From Podarcis muralis (taxonomy: Eukaryota): a stretch of DNA of 64,000 nt. The notes under the pieces are model-generated. The model saw nothing but the letters and a program-made list of their open reading frames with translations. It had not been told where the DNA came from and did no database searches. Shown piece after piece: positions 37,602-49,695 of this stretch. How positions within the stretch are numbered: the stretch's first letter is position 1; each line of letters starts with the position of its first letter. Position numbers and translations under genes: made by a program. The DNA is taken from assembly GCF_964188315.1 (NCBI RefSeq), contig NC_135655.1:82398001-82462000 (forward strand). The letters are read 5' to 3'.

Positions 37602-37776
37602 AATGGGTGCTTAGTTCTCCATATAGCTGTCAAATTTAGGATCTCTACCATGTCACAGAAACTTGTTGGGAGTCTCCCTTCTTTAGTGTCTTTTCCCATT
37701 TCAAGTGAAAACACCCAATTTAAATCGGCTATTAAAATCATTTTTCTGATCTGCAAATTCCAATAATTCTGTCATT

Positions 37777-37779
<3 letters not shown>

Positions 37780-37807
<28 letters not shown>
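37780..37807. repeat. (AC)n microsatellite
   Basis: Direct reading. Confidence 0.95.
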
Positions 37808-37810
<3 letters not shown>

Positions 37811-39537
37811 TTTCTTTTCATTTGGGGCATAGATTCCAACTAATTGAATTTTTTCACCTTGTACTACAATCTGTACTATGATCACTCTTCCTTCTTCGTT
37901 TCCAGGATTTGTTTAGGCTCTAATTTTGGTTTAATGTACAAAACCACCCCTCGTTTTTAATTATTTATCTGCTGTTATAAATTCCATTCCTAATTTTTTA
38001 TTGATTAGGACTCTTTTACAGTATGTCTACTTGCTATGTTAGTCTCTTGTAAGTAAATTACATCTAAATTTTGTTTTAGAATTATATGTTCGGTTTTCTT
38101 TCTTTTTACTTTATTGTTCAAGCCATTTACATTCCAGCTCCATACCTTCAGATCTGCCATTTTATTTCTCTGTTTTCTTTTTCCCTAGAGTCTTATCTTT
38201 TCCTCCTCTTGGTTATTTAAAACTTCTATCCCCCCCCCGTATCTCCTTCACCTGTTCCCCCTGTTGCTCGAACCAGTTCTGATGGTGTATATGGGCTATC
38301 AAAATCTGTGCCATATCATTTCAAGAAGTCCTGTGCCTGCTCTGTGTTTGTAAGTCTGTGCCTTTGTTTCTTGTATGTAAAGGAGATTCCTTCTGGAAAC
38401 TCCCACCTGAATTGTATGTTAACTCTAGTCAAAACATTTGTCAGGAATTTGTACTTCTGGCATTTTTGTAACAAATGGGGAGGGATTTCTTTTAGCATGA
38501 AAATCGGGTTTCCATCAATCTGGAGTCTGTTTTCATAATTATTCTGGATTTCATAATTATTCCTACTGCCTGACCTTAGTTAGAGCACACAGAGTAAAAG
38601 AAAAAGAGAAAGTATCAAAGGAGAAGGAGCAATTCAGTAGTACAAATACCCTGAATTACAAAGACATCTCCAGAATGTAAAAGTAGAGACTGAAATTTTG
38701 ATCATCCTCTTCCTTCCTTTTGTAGTCAAATGTAACATTCATCCAAAATTCTAAATGCTCTGGTCTTCACCAATCAATTTATTTAACTTGACAATTTGCC
38801 AAACCTCCAGCTATTTCCAGGCACTCACCCCTTCCTCGTTTCCAAAGTTAGATGAGTGTTTCCCTGCATAACTTTGGTTTAGATTGGGAAAATCCAGGTA
38901 TTTTCAAATAATTCCAAAGAATTCAATAATATGTTCTCAAATCTAGGAACTGTCACTTCAAGTTCAAGATCAATATTATATCCAATAGAGTTCAAGTTCA
39001 GCAATCAAGTTCAAACAGTATTAGCACTAAAAAACCCCTCACAGAAGGTATTTCTCACCAGAGGCATTAAGGTAGCCTGTAAGACTTCCACTTACAAATC
39101 TCTTCCCAGCAGTTGGCAGATAGCCAGAAAACAGAAGTTGACTTCCTTTTTGATTTCCGTTTTCACCAAATTAAAAGAAAAAAAGGAAATAAAAGTAAAG
39201 AAAGTCCAAAGATGTTTCGGTTTAGTAAAATTAGAATAAAAATCTCCTGCTTACTGTGGCAGTCTGAGACTTGGACTCACAGGTTCGCAATGCAGACGCA
39301 AGTGCTCTCGACTGCTCTCCCCCCCCCCCCCGCCGCCTTTCAACAGTGTTTTACTGGGCTGTGTGTGGCGGCAGAAGAACCCTTCAACGTTCCACAACCC
39401 CTAGTGGAACTTTCTGGAGGGGGGTAGCCTTACCTTGGCACTTTCCCCTCTTTCCCCTGCAGGTCTCAGACTGATCAGACGATCGGTTCTGCGCTGCATT
39501 TTTTCCTACTGGCAGGAAACCAGAAGGGCCAAAAAAA

Positions 39538-39771
39538 CACAAAGCTTTTTCCACTTGTGCCTCTCACTTTATGGCCGTTACAAGCTTCTATGGGACCATC
39601 ACCTTTATGTATCTGAGGCCCAATTCTGGGGTCTCAAAGGATAAATATAAAATTGTTTCAGTGTTCTATACTCTTGTGATTCCGATGCTAAATCCATTCA
39701 TCTACAGTCTGAGAAATAAAGACGTTAAGAATGCTTTCCTAAGGATGAAAGGGAATATTTCATTAAATTAA
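39538..39771 (+). pseudogene. OR pseudogene fragment (TM6-TM7 only)
   Basis: [15 protein letters not shown]...[29 protein letters not shown]; upstream sequence is L1-derived instead of OR. Confidence 0.93.
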
Positions 39772-40492
39772 GTCAGTTCGTTTTCAAGATGAGTTTGAGT
39801 TTCCAATAGACAATAGACAATAGACAATAGACAAGAAAGAAAATGTGTATTTGTTTTTTTTTGTGAGCAGCCTGGTGAGTTGGCTGTTTTTCTACACCTG
39901 CTGAGTGGCAGTTGTCCATAGTGTGTAAATGGGTTGATTCATTCACTTTTGGTGGTTAGGTGCAGGAAGCAGGTTTAGACTAAGTGATTTACTTAGGAGT
40001 TGGCCACAAGGTCGGCTTTTTGGACTCTTTGGCCCAGGGGCTTCCCTCGGAGTTTACAGTTGATTTCTGCACTTACAGAAATTTCCTTCTGCATGTTTTG
40101 ATTGGTTCAGTTTCAGAATCAATAATGTGGCTTGAAAGCCAACCTAAAGTGTCTGACTTTTTATTCAGCCATCAGGTCACAACAGCAGTACTCAGTGATC
40201 TAAATAATGGAACAACTAGACTGTGAGTGAATGGTCTTTGTCCTGCTCTATGTTACTCTGTTTTATTTATTTTAAAAATTATACCTCACCTTATTTATCA
40301 GATTAATTCACAGTGGCTCCCATCTAAAAAAGCCAATCTAAGTAGTTAAGCTGCTAAAATCAATTTTTGTACTCATTTTTAATAAACAGTGTACACCAAC
40401 AGAAGGGTAAAATAAAGCCACATTAAAACTCAGCAGAGTAAAATGGTTTTATCTGCTAATCTGAACTGTAAAGTGGGGAGATCAGATGAATG

Positions 40493-41214
40493 GCTTTTTT
40501 AAAAAAATATATTTTTTATTAACCGGCCAATCAAATCAAATTAAATCACATCACATAAATTCCGAATTACAAAGCCGAATTTTAAATTTTGTTGGGTGGA
40601 CCCATATTTCAAGATCCGAAGGGGGATTCTGATCATCTTCTTGCTACTGCATTAATGTCCAAATCAGACCAAATCAGTCCAAACAGAGTTCATAATTCTA
40701 TCCAGTCTTATCTTGCTGTTTCCACATCACATCTTGTTCATATATTTTCTCTTTTTTCTTTATGATCTCTTCTGATAGTCTCCTTAAGCCGATAAACACC
40801 AATAATAATAATCCTGTGTGAATTTTTCCGTTCTTCCAATCCTCAAATCAAGATGGTTTCCATATCTCATCGCCTTCATAGATAACATCGCTCTTTCCAT
40901 CATTAATTACAGAACTGTCGCTCTTAGGTCCCTCTGAGGAGTTTCACCGACAATATAAAGGCAGCTCTGTTTCTCTATTTCTCTTCCCAGACTCAAGACC
41001 TCTGTCAGAACTTCCCAATATGGCGACGGCATTTTTAACTGCGTCATTCCAGAGCTCTTATACATTCCACGCTCTTCTTAAAACATGCTTTGGTTCGAAA
41101 GTTTATCTCCACACAGCCTTAAATCCACAGCTTAAGTCCTTAAAACGACATTTCTGACTCTGTGGGTTGGAGAGATGTTATTGTCATCTTCCGATGCGCC
41201 CCTAGTGGCCCCCC
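40493..41214 (-). mobile_element. Unclassified 722-bp non-autonomous retroposon, probably L1-mobilised
   Basis: 10-bp TSD CAGATGAATG (40483-40492, 41215-41224); AATAAA plus T7A6 3' end; empty site in the paralog near 32040. Confidence 0.8.
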
Positions 41215-42339
41215 CAGATGAATGTCTTTCAGGAGGTTATTCTACAATCTGGGTGCTTTGAAAGAAAAGGCACTGTCTTACATCCCAATCAGTTATGATT
41301 CTCAACATGGTGAGACACACCAAAGGATCACAATTGATGCACAGGACTGCGTGCATTGCAGTGGGTTTTATTTTTGGCTGAAATAGGCTGCGCCCCCTGT
41401 TGCCTGGTGGGTAAGGACTAGAGGAGATTCAACTGAGGGGCAGACTTCTGCCCATGTCTTGCTCCTGTGGGGTTTCACAGGAAGAAGAACTCTCTCTGAC
41501 TTTTTTTTTGAGGGGGGAGGGAGTGGTTTGTACAGATGCAAAAATGGCATTGGGCAGAATCAACATAGTAAAGGGGGCTCCTCATAAGGGGTCAGAGGAG
41601 GGGGATTGGCCACGGAACCCCAAGCTCAGGAGTTGAATTCCTGATTGGAATCCTCACCCTGGTTGGCCAGCAAGATCTTGCAAGATTTGCTTGCGCCACA
41701 AGGTTCAACACTATAGGCACGTACCTCCACATGTAGTGGGATTGCTCCAAAATTCAACGCTTTTGTACATTAGTCTTACAAGAAATCTCCAAAATAACAA
41801 AACAGGTATTAGAAGCAACCCCAGAACTGATCTCTTCCAAGAGAACAGTGCACACTCAGAATACAAAGAACTCATAAGACACTTTCCAATGATAAGTATT
41901 TTGGCACTGTTGGGTTGGCTTGGATGTTCATGAGTTTGAGAATAGATTATGATACCCCTTTTTGAGGAGTGAGGTTATTAACCCTCTACTACTATCCAAA
42001 CCAGGTCACTCTACCATTACAACTGTGTCCTTTCTTCTAGCAGATCAAGATAATCAGGTGACAGCAAAAACTGCAATTTTTTTAACAGGGGCAATTGGAA
42101 TAAGATCTTTTATTTGATTATTGATGTATACCTCCAGAACGTATTTTGTATAGTTAAGTATTTACCCTTGTCTTCAGTATATGCCATTTTATTTTATTGC
42201 TATGGCTAGGGTCTGATGCAAATAAAGAGTCTTCTGATTCTACCATACTCTTTATAAATGAGTTTATTTGAAAATAAGGTAGAGAAAAATAACTAATGAG
42301 GATAGTTACCACATTGTGTGGGCTGAATGGAAAGCCAGA

Positions 42340-42581
42340 AGTCCTGTTTCAAACCAATTAAGGATGAACAGTGGGAACAAGAACAAATTCCCACACAGCA
42401 TGTCCTCAGGTGATTATGCTGAGAGGTCCTACACAACATTTTAATGATGCAGCTCTCATTCATATATTTCAGGGATTTGATTTCTAGGTAATACTAAACC
42501 AAGTATAAAATGAGCAGTTTTATCTACGCATCTTGATTTGGAAGGCTTTAGAAATGACATCTATCATCTTCACAGGTAAAG
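42340..42581 (+). promoter_or_regulatory. Candidate OR promoter plus first exon (OR 44500)
   Basis: AACCAATTAA, TCCTCAGGTG, AACATTTTAATGA (42435-42447), TATAAAA (42504), donor CAG|GTAAA at 42576. Confidence 0.7.
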
Positions 42582-42660
42582 TTACTTGGGCTATGTTGAC
42601 TTACCAGATAAAATCTCAGTTATACAGAATTTATAGGGGAAGAGATAAGGGAAGAGATAA

Positions 42661-42792
42661 GGGAAGAGATAACTCAGTTGGTAGAGCATGAGATTCTTAA
42701 TCTGAGGGTTGTGGGTTCAAGCCATACTGCAGGGGATTGGACTAGATGATCATTGTGGTCTCTTCCAACTCCAAAATTCTCTGGTTCTATGT
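42661..42792 (+). mobile_element. tRNA(Lys)-head, CR1-tail SINE (Squam2-type), internally shortened
   Basis: AACTCAGTTGGTAGAGCATGAGATTCTTAATCT...GGTTCAAGCC head; GGACTAGATGATC...TTCCAACTC...TTCTATG tail. Confidence 0.7.
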
Positions 42793-44499
42793 ATTTGCAG
42801 CTTAAACATTGCAGGCACGTTCCTTTTTTATTTGGCACAGAAGCCTAACAAATGAATGGGAAGACACCCTTTCAGTAGGAAGAATAGAACAATTCTTCCC
42901 AGCTTTAAATTTCTGTTTACTCAAGTGGCAGAGATGATGACATTAAAAGTAAAAAGAATGAGGAAAAAGAAACATGAAATTATATGGAAGCCTAAAATTT
43001 TATGGATTTGGAAAGGCTAGATGGAACTCTCCCTTTGCTGTAGTAGCGTGCTACAAGGGCTGATTAAGGATGTTCTAAAAGATCAACGTTTTGTGAACAA
43101 AACATATGGATGATGTGGAAAACTTGTGACGCTAGTCATAATTAGACATTGGTGAATCTGTCAATTTCAGTTTCTCTTAGTGCCTCATTTTTCCAGTGAC
43201 TAATTCTATTTTCTCCGTTTCCACAGCAGTTTGCAAAGTTTTATTTAAAAAAAAAAATGCATATCAATTTTTGATGGTATTTTGCCTAATCAAGAAAAAA
43301 TATTACAGAATCCAAACACTTCCTTTTATCATTATAAGCTGCTTGGGGAAAGTGGGTACTATGTTTGTAGATATCATCCACTCCTATCAAAACGTATAGT
43401 CATTTTTTAAAAAAATCCTAGTTAGTGAATGGGCAAAATGAATTAGGCTAAGACAGTGCCATTCAGTGCCACACTTTTCTAACCATTCTGTCTGTGCAAG
43501 CATTGCAGCTTGTCAGATAAAATGACCACCCCCCTCTTTCCTCTGTGTACTGGTTACCCAACCCCCTTGCGTCAATTTCTGGGGTGTTGGGGGAAGAAGA
43601 GGGGGGAAAGTGTAAAAGTGTAAGTCTGTGTCTTCCTCTGACTGGGCTGGTTAGGTGAATCCTGCCTTTAGTTTCTAATCTCAAATTGCATCTTGGAGAA
43701 AAGCAGGTGTGTGAGCATTTTGCAGTGGAGAGCAGAGATAGGGTTCAACACCCTCTCCTGCCTTTCATTTGAAATTGCTCCCTACCCCGCTGTTTTGTGC
43801 CAATCTTTGGCACAACCTGCATTTTTAAGTCATAAGTCTGTCCTGTACTGACTTACAGTTGCATAACATTGAAACCTCAGCTCGGAGTTTGCAATATTAC
43901 GCACATGTATTTGGGCATAAAATCTACTGAGGTCAGAGTAGCTAATGCCTCAGTAAAACAAGATAACATGGGATTGCAACCTTCCACCTTCCTTTAAAAT
44001 ATGGGAAAACTATGCCCATGCTATATATTTTATTAGAGGTCCTAAAATGTGAACAGTGAAAATAAGGAATGGGTGACAAACCTACATTTGTGCTAAGTCA
44101 AAATATTATCTTCTACAGAAAACAGCATATGATAAAATAAAGATGACTACCAGTGCATCATATCTGAGGTCGACAATGTGAATGGCACATTGTGTATTAT
44201 GAGTGAAATGACCATGGCTTCCATTGGTTTGGTTCAGAAATAAACTAGACACACACACGCACAAAGAAATGGGGGAAAGGAGACTGAACATTTATGTGCC
44301 AATCTGTTTTTTGCTCCCTGACCCTCATTTGGTAACAAGGAACTGTCCTGGTCATTTGCTATTAGTAGGCTGTGGAAAAGAATCTGAACATCCACAAAGG
44401 ACCCTTGAGACAAGAGCAAGTGAAGAATTCCTGGTAGCTAATACTATTTCAACTTTTTTTTCATATTTTTATTTACACAGGAGAATACAACTTGTGACA

Positions 44500-45444
44500 A
44501 TGTCGGAAGGAAACTTCACCACAATTACTGAATTTGTTTTGCTGGGATTCACAGATAATCAGAGTATGCAGTTTCTTCTCTTCATAGTGTTCTTACTGGT
44601 TTACTTGCTCATCTTGGTGGGGAACGTTGGCATGGTGACATTAATCAGGATTGACTCCAGGCTTCACACTCCCATGTACTTTTTCCTGAGCAACCTATCA
44701 ATCTTAGATATTGGTTACTCCACTGTCATCGCTCCCAGGACACTGATGACACTGGTAGCAAAAAGCAAAACAATTTCCTTCACTGGCTGTGCCCTGCAGT
44801 TTTTCTTCTTCTGCATTGCAGTATCCTGTGAGTGCTTCCTGCTGGGTGCGATGGCATATGACCGCTTCATCGCTATCTGCAATCCATTGTTGTATACTAC
44901 CATCATGTCCAAAAAGTTCTGTTATCTGCTTGTGGCTGTTTCGTATCTAACAAGTTGTGTGAATGCAGCGGTCCAGACTTCATTTATATTTAGTTTGTCC
45001 TTTTGCGGATCCAACATCATCAACCATTTTTTCTGTGATGTACCCCCTATCCTAAGGCTCTCATGTTCAGATACAGGAGTCATTGATATAATTCATTTTA
45101 GCTTCTCCACAGCAATCGCATTAGTAACGATCCTGACCATACTGATCTCTTACATATACATACTTGTTGCCGTCCTCCGGATGAACTCAGCTGAGGGCAG
45201 ACGTAAAGCCTTCTCTACCTGTGCCTCCCACCTTACAGCTCTCACTATATTCTATGGGACAGCTGTTTTCATGTACTCACGGCCCAATTCAAAATATTCT
45301 GTGGAGCAGGACAAAATAATCTCTGTGTTTTATACCCTTGTAATACCAATGTTGAATCCACTCATCTACAGTCTGAGAAATAAGGAGGTCAAAGAGGCTT
45401 TCAAAAGGCTGCTTGGGGAAAAGGCTATCACTCAGAGCCATTGA
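44500..45444 (+). CDS. Olfactory receptor, class II, intact, 314 aa (start MSEGNFT)
   Basis: Canonical motifs; acceptor TTTATTTACACAG at 44480; ATG position matches paralogs 53129 and 58969. Confidence 0.96.
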   Translation: MSEGNFTTITEFVLLGFTDNQSMQFLLFIVFLLVYLLILVGNVGMVTLIRIDSRLHTPMYFFLSNLSILDIGYSTVIAPRTLMTLVAKSKTISFTGCALQFFFFCIAVSCECFLLGAMAYDRFIAICNPLLYTTIMSKKFCYLLVAVSYLTSCVNAAVQTSFIFSLSFCGSNIINHFFCDVPPILRLSCSDTGVIDIIHFSFSTAIALVTILTILISYIYILVAVLRMNSAEGRRKAFSTCASHLTALTIFYGTAVFMYSRPNSKYSVEQDKIISVFYTLVIPMLNPLIYSLRNKEVKEAFKRLLGEKAITQSH

Positions 45445-45597
45445 ACTTCATGTTAAGAGGCCTTATTACATCCTTAACTGCAATGTCCATATTATTAATT
45501 TTTGTCTACATTTTGGGTTTGGTCCTGACTACTTACCTTAAGGTAAGCCACTTTGAACTCTGAGAGTCTTTTTTCTGCATAGAGATGTATGTGATTG

Positions 45598-48500
45598 TGT
45601 GGCAAAATCGATTTATTGATCTGGCGCGACCCCGCTAATTGATTTATTGGCCCTCAATTAGCTACGCATGGCCGCCCGGCACACTTCCCTGCGAGACTCT
45701 GCTCCGTCTCCAGCAGCTCTTCAGTCACGCCTTAGCAGAGATAAACACAGCGGTGATGAAACTGTCACGTCCTTTACTTAGCTTCCAGACAAACACATAC
45801 AGAGTCCAGGTTTGTCCATTTCAGTTCTTTATTCCGACATTCCCCCAGGGATCTCCTGGGCTCCTTGCCGCCATTACGAAGCTGCGACTTTCTCCCTCAA
45901 AGACCAGAGGGGAACAGAAACTCCTCCCAAGCTCCTCCCAGCTTCTAAAAGAATGTTGAGGCATCATGGGAACTTCTTAACCTGTTAAGTTCCAAACCTC
46001 ATACCCCCTCTTGCCGAAAACCATTCTGACAAGACCCTTCTGAGTTCAACACCTTCCCCTTTGCCTTGTGCCCCTTCCCGGCATCTTTCCCAGGCACCTG
46101 TTGAACCCCTTCAACATTCCCAGAATCACACTGTGCGACACTTTTCCACGCACCTGTGACCTGATACCCTACTGACCCATTAGGGCCAGCAGTTGTGTCT
46201 TCTCCGTCAGACTCTTCCCCCTCTGACTTGACAACCCTTCCGTGAGCTTTCTCCATTACCGGAGATGAAGCCTCACACCTGGACACTCCTTTAACAACCC
46301 TTGGAGATGCCCAAACCTGCCCTGAACCCTGACCCTGGACTTGGTCCCCATCACCTGGTTTTGAACCCTGATTCTGGACCTGATCCCCCGTCACCGGGTT
46401 CAGTAACAGCCTCCCTTCTCCCTTGAGAAGACTTTGCACCCGTCACCTGGTGACGTATTCCCTTTTCCTTGAAAAATTCCTCCAGAGCAGACCCAGTAAA
46501 CTGTGACCCTCGGTCGCTCTTGAACCCTTGCACCTTGGTGGAGAACTTTAGTTCCACCTCCGCAACCCAATCCTTGATCAGTTGCACCGCCTCCCCCTGT
46601 GATTTGAGAGAGAGACACCAGCCAACCTGGCTGTGGCCATCTGTTAGCGATAGCACATACCTGGCCTCACCCAGACTCTCACACCTCCTGGGTCCTGACA
46701 GATCTGTGTGAACCAGCTCAAAGGGCTTCTTTGGCTACCCTCCCAAACCCGGGAAAACCATGCACCTGTGCATGCCCTGCACCCTAGGGACCTCCCACAT
46801 TTCCGGAGTTTGTACCCTTTTGTGCACCCGTGCAACTTTTGCACATCTTTGGGAACCTTAGCACACTGCGCCTGTGCTTTTCCAGTTGTCGCCCCCCTCT
46901 GAAAATGGAACAGGTATCATTTTCAAAGCATTTTTGAACCCCTGCGTCATTAGAGCAGATACAGATAACCGACAACTATTCAGTCCCGGCACAACGTAGA
47001 CCTCTTGCTCCTCCTGTAAAAGGGAGAGAAAAACACGTTAGCCACATCACAGACTGATTTTTTGTGCTCCGCCTGTGAACATAACAATCAATCCTGTTGA
47101 AACAGCCCTGCAGTTCCGCATTCCGCCTGCAGGCTTGCCTATCAGGTGCTGCCTGATAGCAGAATCCAAAACACCCAGCGTGTCACCGTGTCCTGGCTGG
47201 AGTTGTTCTTCACAGTTGCCATAGAAGCAGTGATAAGAAACAACCCTCCCCAGCGTCTGAAACACGTCTTTCCCTTGCGTTCCCACGCTGGCCTGTCTCT
47301 CCCAGACTGACTCCCTGTGGGAACTCAGCTGGTTGACCTTGGGACCTTCCTGCCCAGCTGTTTCCGCACTCCATGGGCAGCAGCGTCGCAAGCGTCCCGT
47401 TGCATTACACACGTAGCAAAGACGAACTCCAGTGGAAAAACACTGCTCTTGGGCTCCTCCCAGCTGGCCTCCTTCTCCTTCTTCCGGAAAAGCACTCCTT
47501 GCCAGCTCCGCCCTCTTTGAACCTCCACTTCATTCCAGCACGTACAGTGGAAAACTTTTTGAACGTGCCTTTGGAAAAGTCCGCCCCCCCCCCACCTGCT
47601 CAGCAGCACTCCTTGTGGCTAAAGCATCAGGGACAGGGGCTCCAGCCGTCTCTAGGCTTTTGTATTCCTTCTCCAGGGCTCTGGCCTTTTGCTGAAGCTT
47701 CACAGCAAAGGCAGCTCATTCCCAGATAGCCCTTTTAGACTCTGCAAACCTGGCAGCAACAGCAGCAGTGCCAGTAGTCCCTTGGCCCCCCCCTGGGGCC
47801 CACAGCCCTTCCCAGCTGTGCACCGGCTCTCACGAAGGTGGTCAGCGCCATCTTGCCTTTCTGTTCTGAAGCAGCCATCTTCCGGCACCCAGAACAATAG
47901 ACTTCAGATCAGCAGCCAGGTTGCCCAACTTCTTAAAGTGAGCATGGAATGTCCTCCAAGACCTGGCAGCCTGCCATCCTCTTCCGTTCTCCCAAGGGGC
48001 CCCAAGCTGTACTTACAGTTCACAAGCTCCTCTGGCACCCGTGGAGAAGCGATTCCTTGCTGCCTTCAGCTCCCAGAGCTCCAGCTGGTCCCAGCATTCA
48101 GCAACACAGGCAGCCACTCTGTGTCTTTCAGCCAGCTGCTTTTAGCTCCGCAGCTCTCCTTGCCTCTTAGCACCAGGCAAAAAACTCCGCCAAACTTCAA
48201 ACGCATTCCGGCACTTCCAGTGACAGTTTTACAAGCGGTAATTACCCATAACCTGTGGCAAAATCGATTTATTGATCTGGCGCGACCCCGCTAATTGATT
48301 TATTGGCCCTCAATTAGCTACGCATGGCCGCCCGGCACACTTCCCTGCGAGACTCTGCTCCGTCTCCAGCAGCTCTTCAGTCACGCCTTAGCAGAGATAA
48401 ACACAGCGGTGATGAAACTGTCACGTCCTTTACTTAGCTTCCAGACAAACACATACAGAGTCCAGGTTTGTCCATTTCAGTTCTTTATTCCGACATTCCC

Positions 48501-48659
48501 CCAGGGATCTCCTGGGCTCCTTGCCGCCATTACGAAGCTGCGACTTTCTCCCTCAAAGACCAGAGGGGAACAGAAACTCCTCCCAAGCTCCTCCCAGCTT
48601 CTAAAAGAATGTTGAGGCATCATGGGAACTTCTTAACCTGTTAAGTTCCAAACCTCATA
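45598..48659 (-). mobile_element. Non-autonomous Ty1/Copia LTR retrotransposon lacking RT/RNase H
   Basis: Two apparently identical ~405-bp LTRs (45598-46003, 48254-48659); TSD GATTG; PBS GGTTATGGG (48245-48253); PPT AGAGGGGG (46004-46011); integrase core ELVHTDLSGP...TD...FKSDRGSQF truncated before the catalytic E. Confidence 0.92.
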
Positions 48660-48734
48660 GATTGCTCCGTTCATTAACTGTATTTATGTCCCACTGAAAT
48701 GGATGAAAAAGGTCGTAACTCAGTTCCCTTTAAA

Positions 48735-49480
48735 ATGAATTGGAAAATGAACTTTACTGCATGTTACACCATCAAAGAAAATATGATGAAAATGCAGTTT
48801 TGGTTGTACCTTACACCATCAAAAATCTCCAAAATGTATAAAAATAGTTTGAATAAGTGTTGAAAGTGTGGAGGAAAAATAGATTTTTATCATATGTGGT
48901 GGACATGCAGAAAAGTCCAAGATTTTTGGAATATTGTTTATGATGAGATGAAAAAAATGTTCAAATTAACATTTTTAAAGAAACCAGAAGCCTTTCTGTT
49001 AGGAATCTTAGGTAGAGACATTCCGAAACATACAAGAGAAATCTTTTTATATGCAACAACGGCTGCAAGTCTATTGATTGCATCTAATTGGAAAGGGGAA
49101 ATGATACCAACGCTAACAGAATGGCAAAATAAATTATTAGACTATGTGGAAATGGCTCAATTAACAAATAGGTTAAGAGGTAACACCAAACAATTATTTT
49201 CTCAAAAATGGGAAATGCTTAAGAGATACTTAAAAAATAATAACAGCGACATATTATATATAGTAGTGTTTGAATGACCCTTGTGTACATAAAATATTAA
49301 GAAATAAAGGAAAATCAGTATGCAAGGTTGTAAAAAAGTATTAGAAAGTATATTAAATGTAAGGTAATAATTATAAGTACATTCAAAATCACAAATGTCA
49401 ACTATATCGGGAAATGATGGGAAGTCTATATTTATTTTACTTTAGTTTGTTGTTGTGGTTTTACTTTATTTTATGTACCA
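48735..49480 (+). mobile_element. 5'-truncated L1 3' end
   Basis: KENMMKM...KC*KC...HMWWTC, KPEAFLLG, YATTAA; T-rich 3'UTR. Confidence 0.85.
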
Positions 49481-49537
49481 TTATATGATTTTAGCTTAGC
49501 TGATATCTAAGTGGAATTAGAAGGTTAAGTTAACATT

Positions 49538-49687
49538 NNNNNNNNNNNNNNNNNNNNNNNNNNNNNNNNNNNNNNNNNNNNNNNNNNNNNNNNNNNNNNN
49601 NNNNNNNNNNNNNNNNNNNNNNNNNNNNNNNNNNNNNNNNNNNNNNNNNNNNNNNNNNNNNNNNNNNNNNNNNNNNNNNNNNNNNNN
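49538..49687. other. Assembly gap (150 N)
   Basis: Direct reading. Confidence 1.
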
Positions 49688-49695
49688 ATGACATT

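Larger units (their letters stand above)
35873..39535 (-). mobile_element. 3'-truncated L1 (5'UTR-like region, ORF1 C-terminus, ORF2 endonuclease and N-terminal RT)
   Basis: ORF1 RWEFPEGISF (38316-38498); ORF2 ATG at 38160 (WSWNVNGL...DVIYLQET); RT motifs SPGPDG, ISLLNNDYK, QAGF, DAEKAFD; breaks off at about 35873. The 5' boundary is approximate. Confidence 0.85.

Noticed and set aside
42670-42725. Functional tRNA-Lys gene
   Set aside because: The acceptor stem and 3' end are missing and the sequence continues into a CR1-like tail, so it is a SINE head.
44224-44499. 92-aa N-terminal extension making a 406-aa OR
   Set aside because: The track start is TTG. The extension runs through a clear polypyrimidine-CAG acceptor (44480), so it is intronic, and the paralogs start at the equivalent MSxGNF ATG. 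An in-frame ATG at 44269 exists but would need intron retention.
47047-48294. Many overlapping 65-200 aa ORFs as an accessory gene cluster
   Set aside because: GC-rich decayed Copia interior; no recognisable intact domain in these frames.
45639-48615. Two identical 106-aa ORFs (45639 and 48295) as a duplicated gene
   Set aside because: They are TTG-started antisense frames within the two LTRs; identity only reflects LTR identity.
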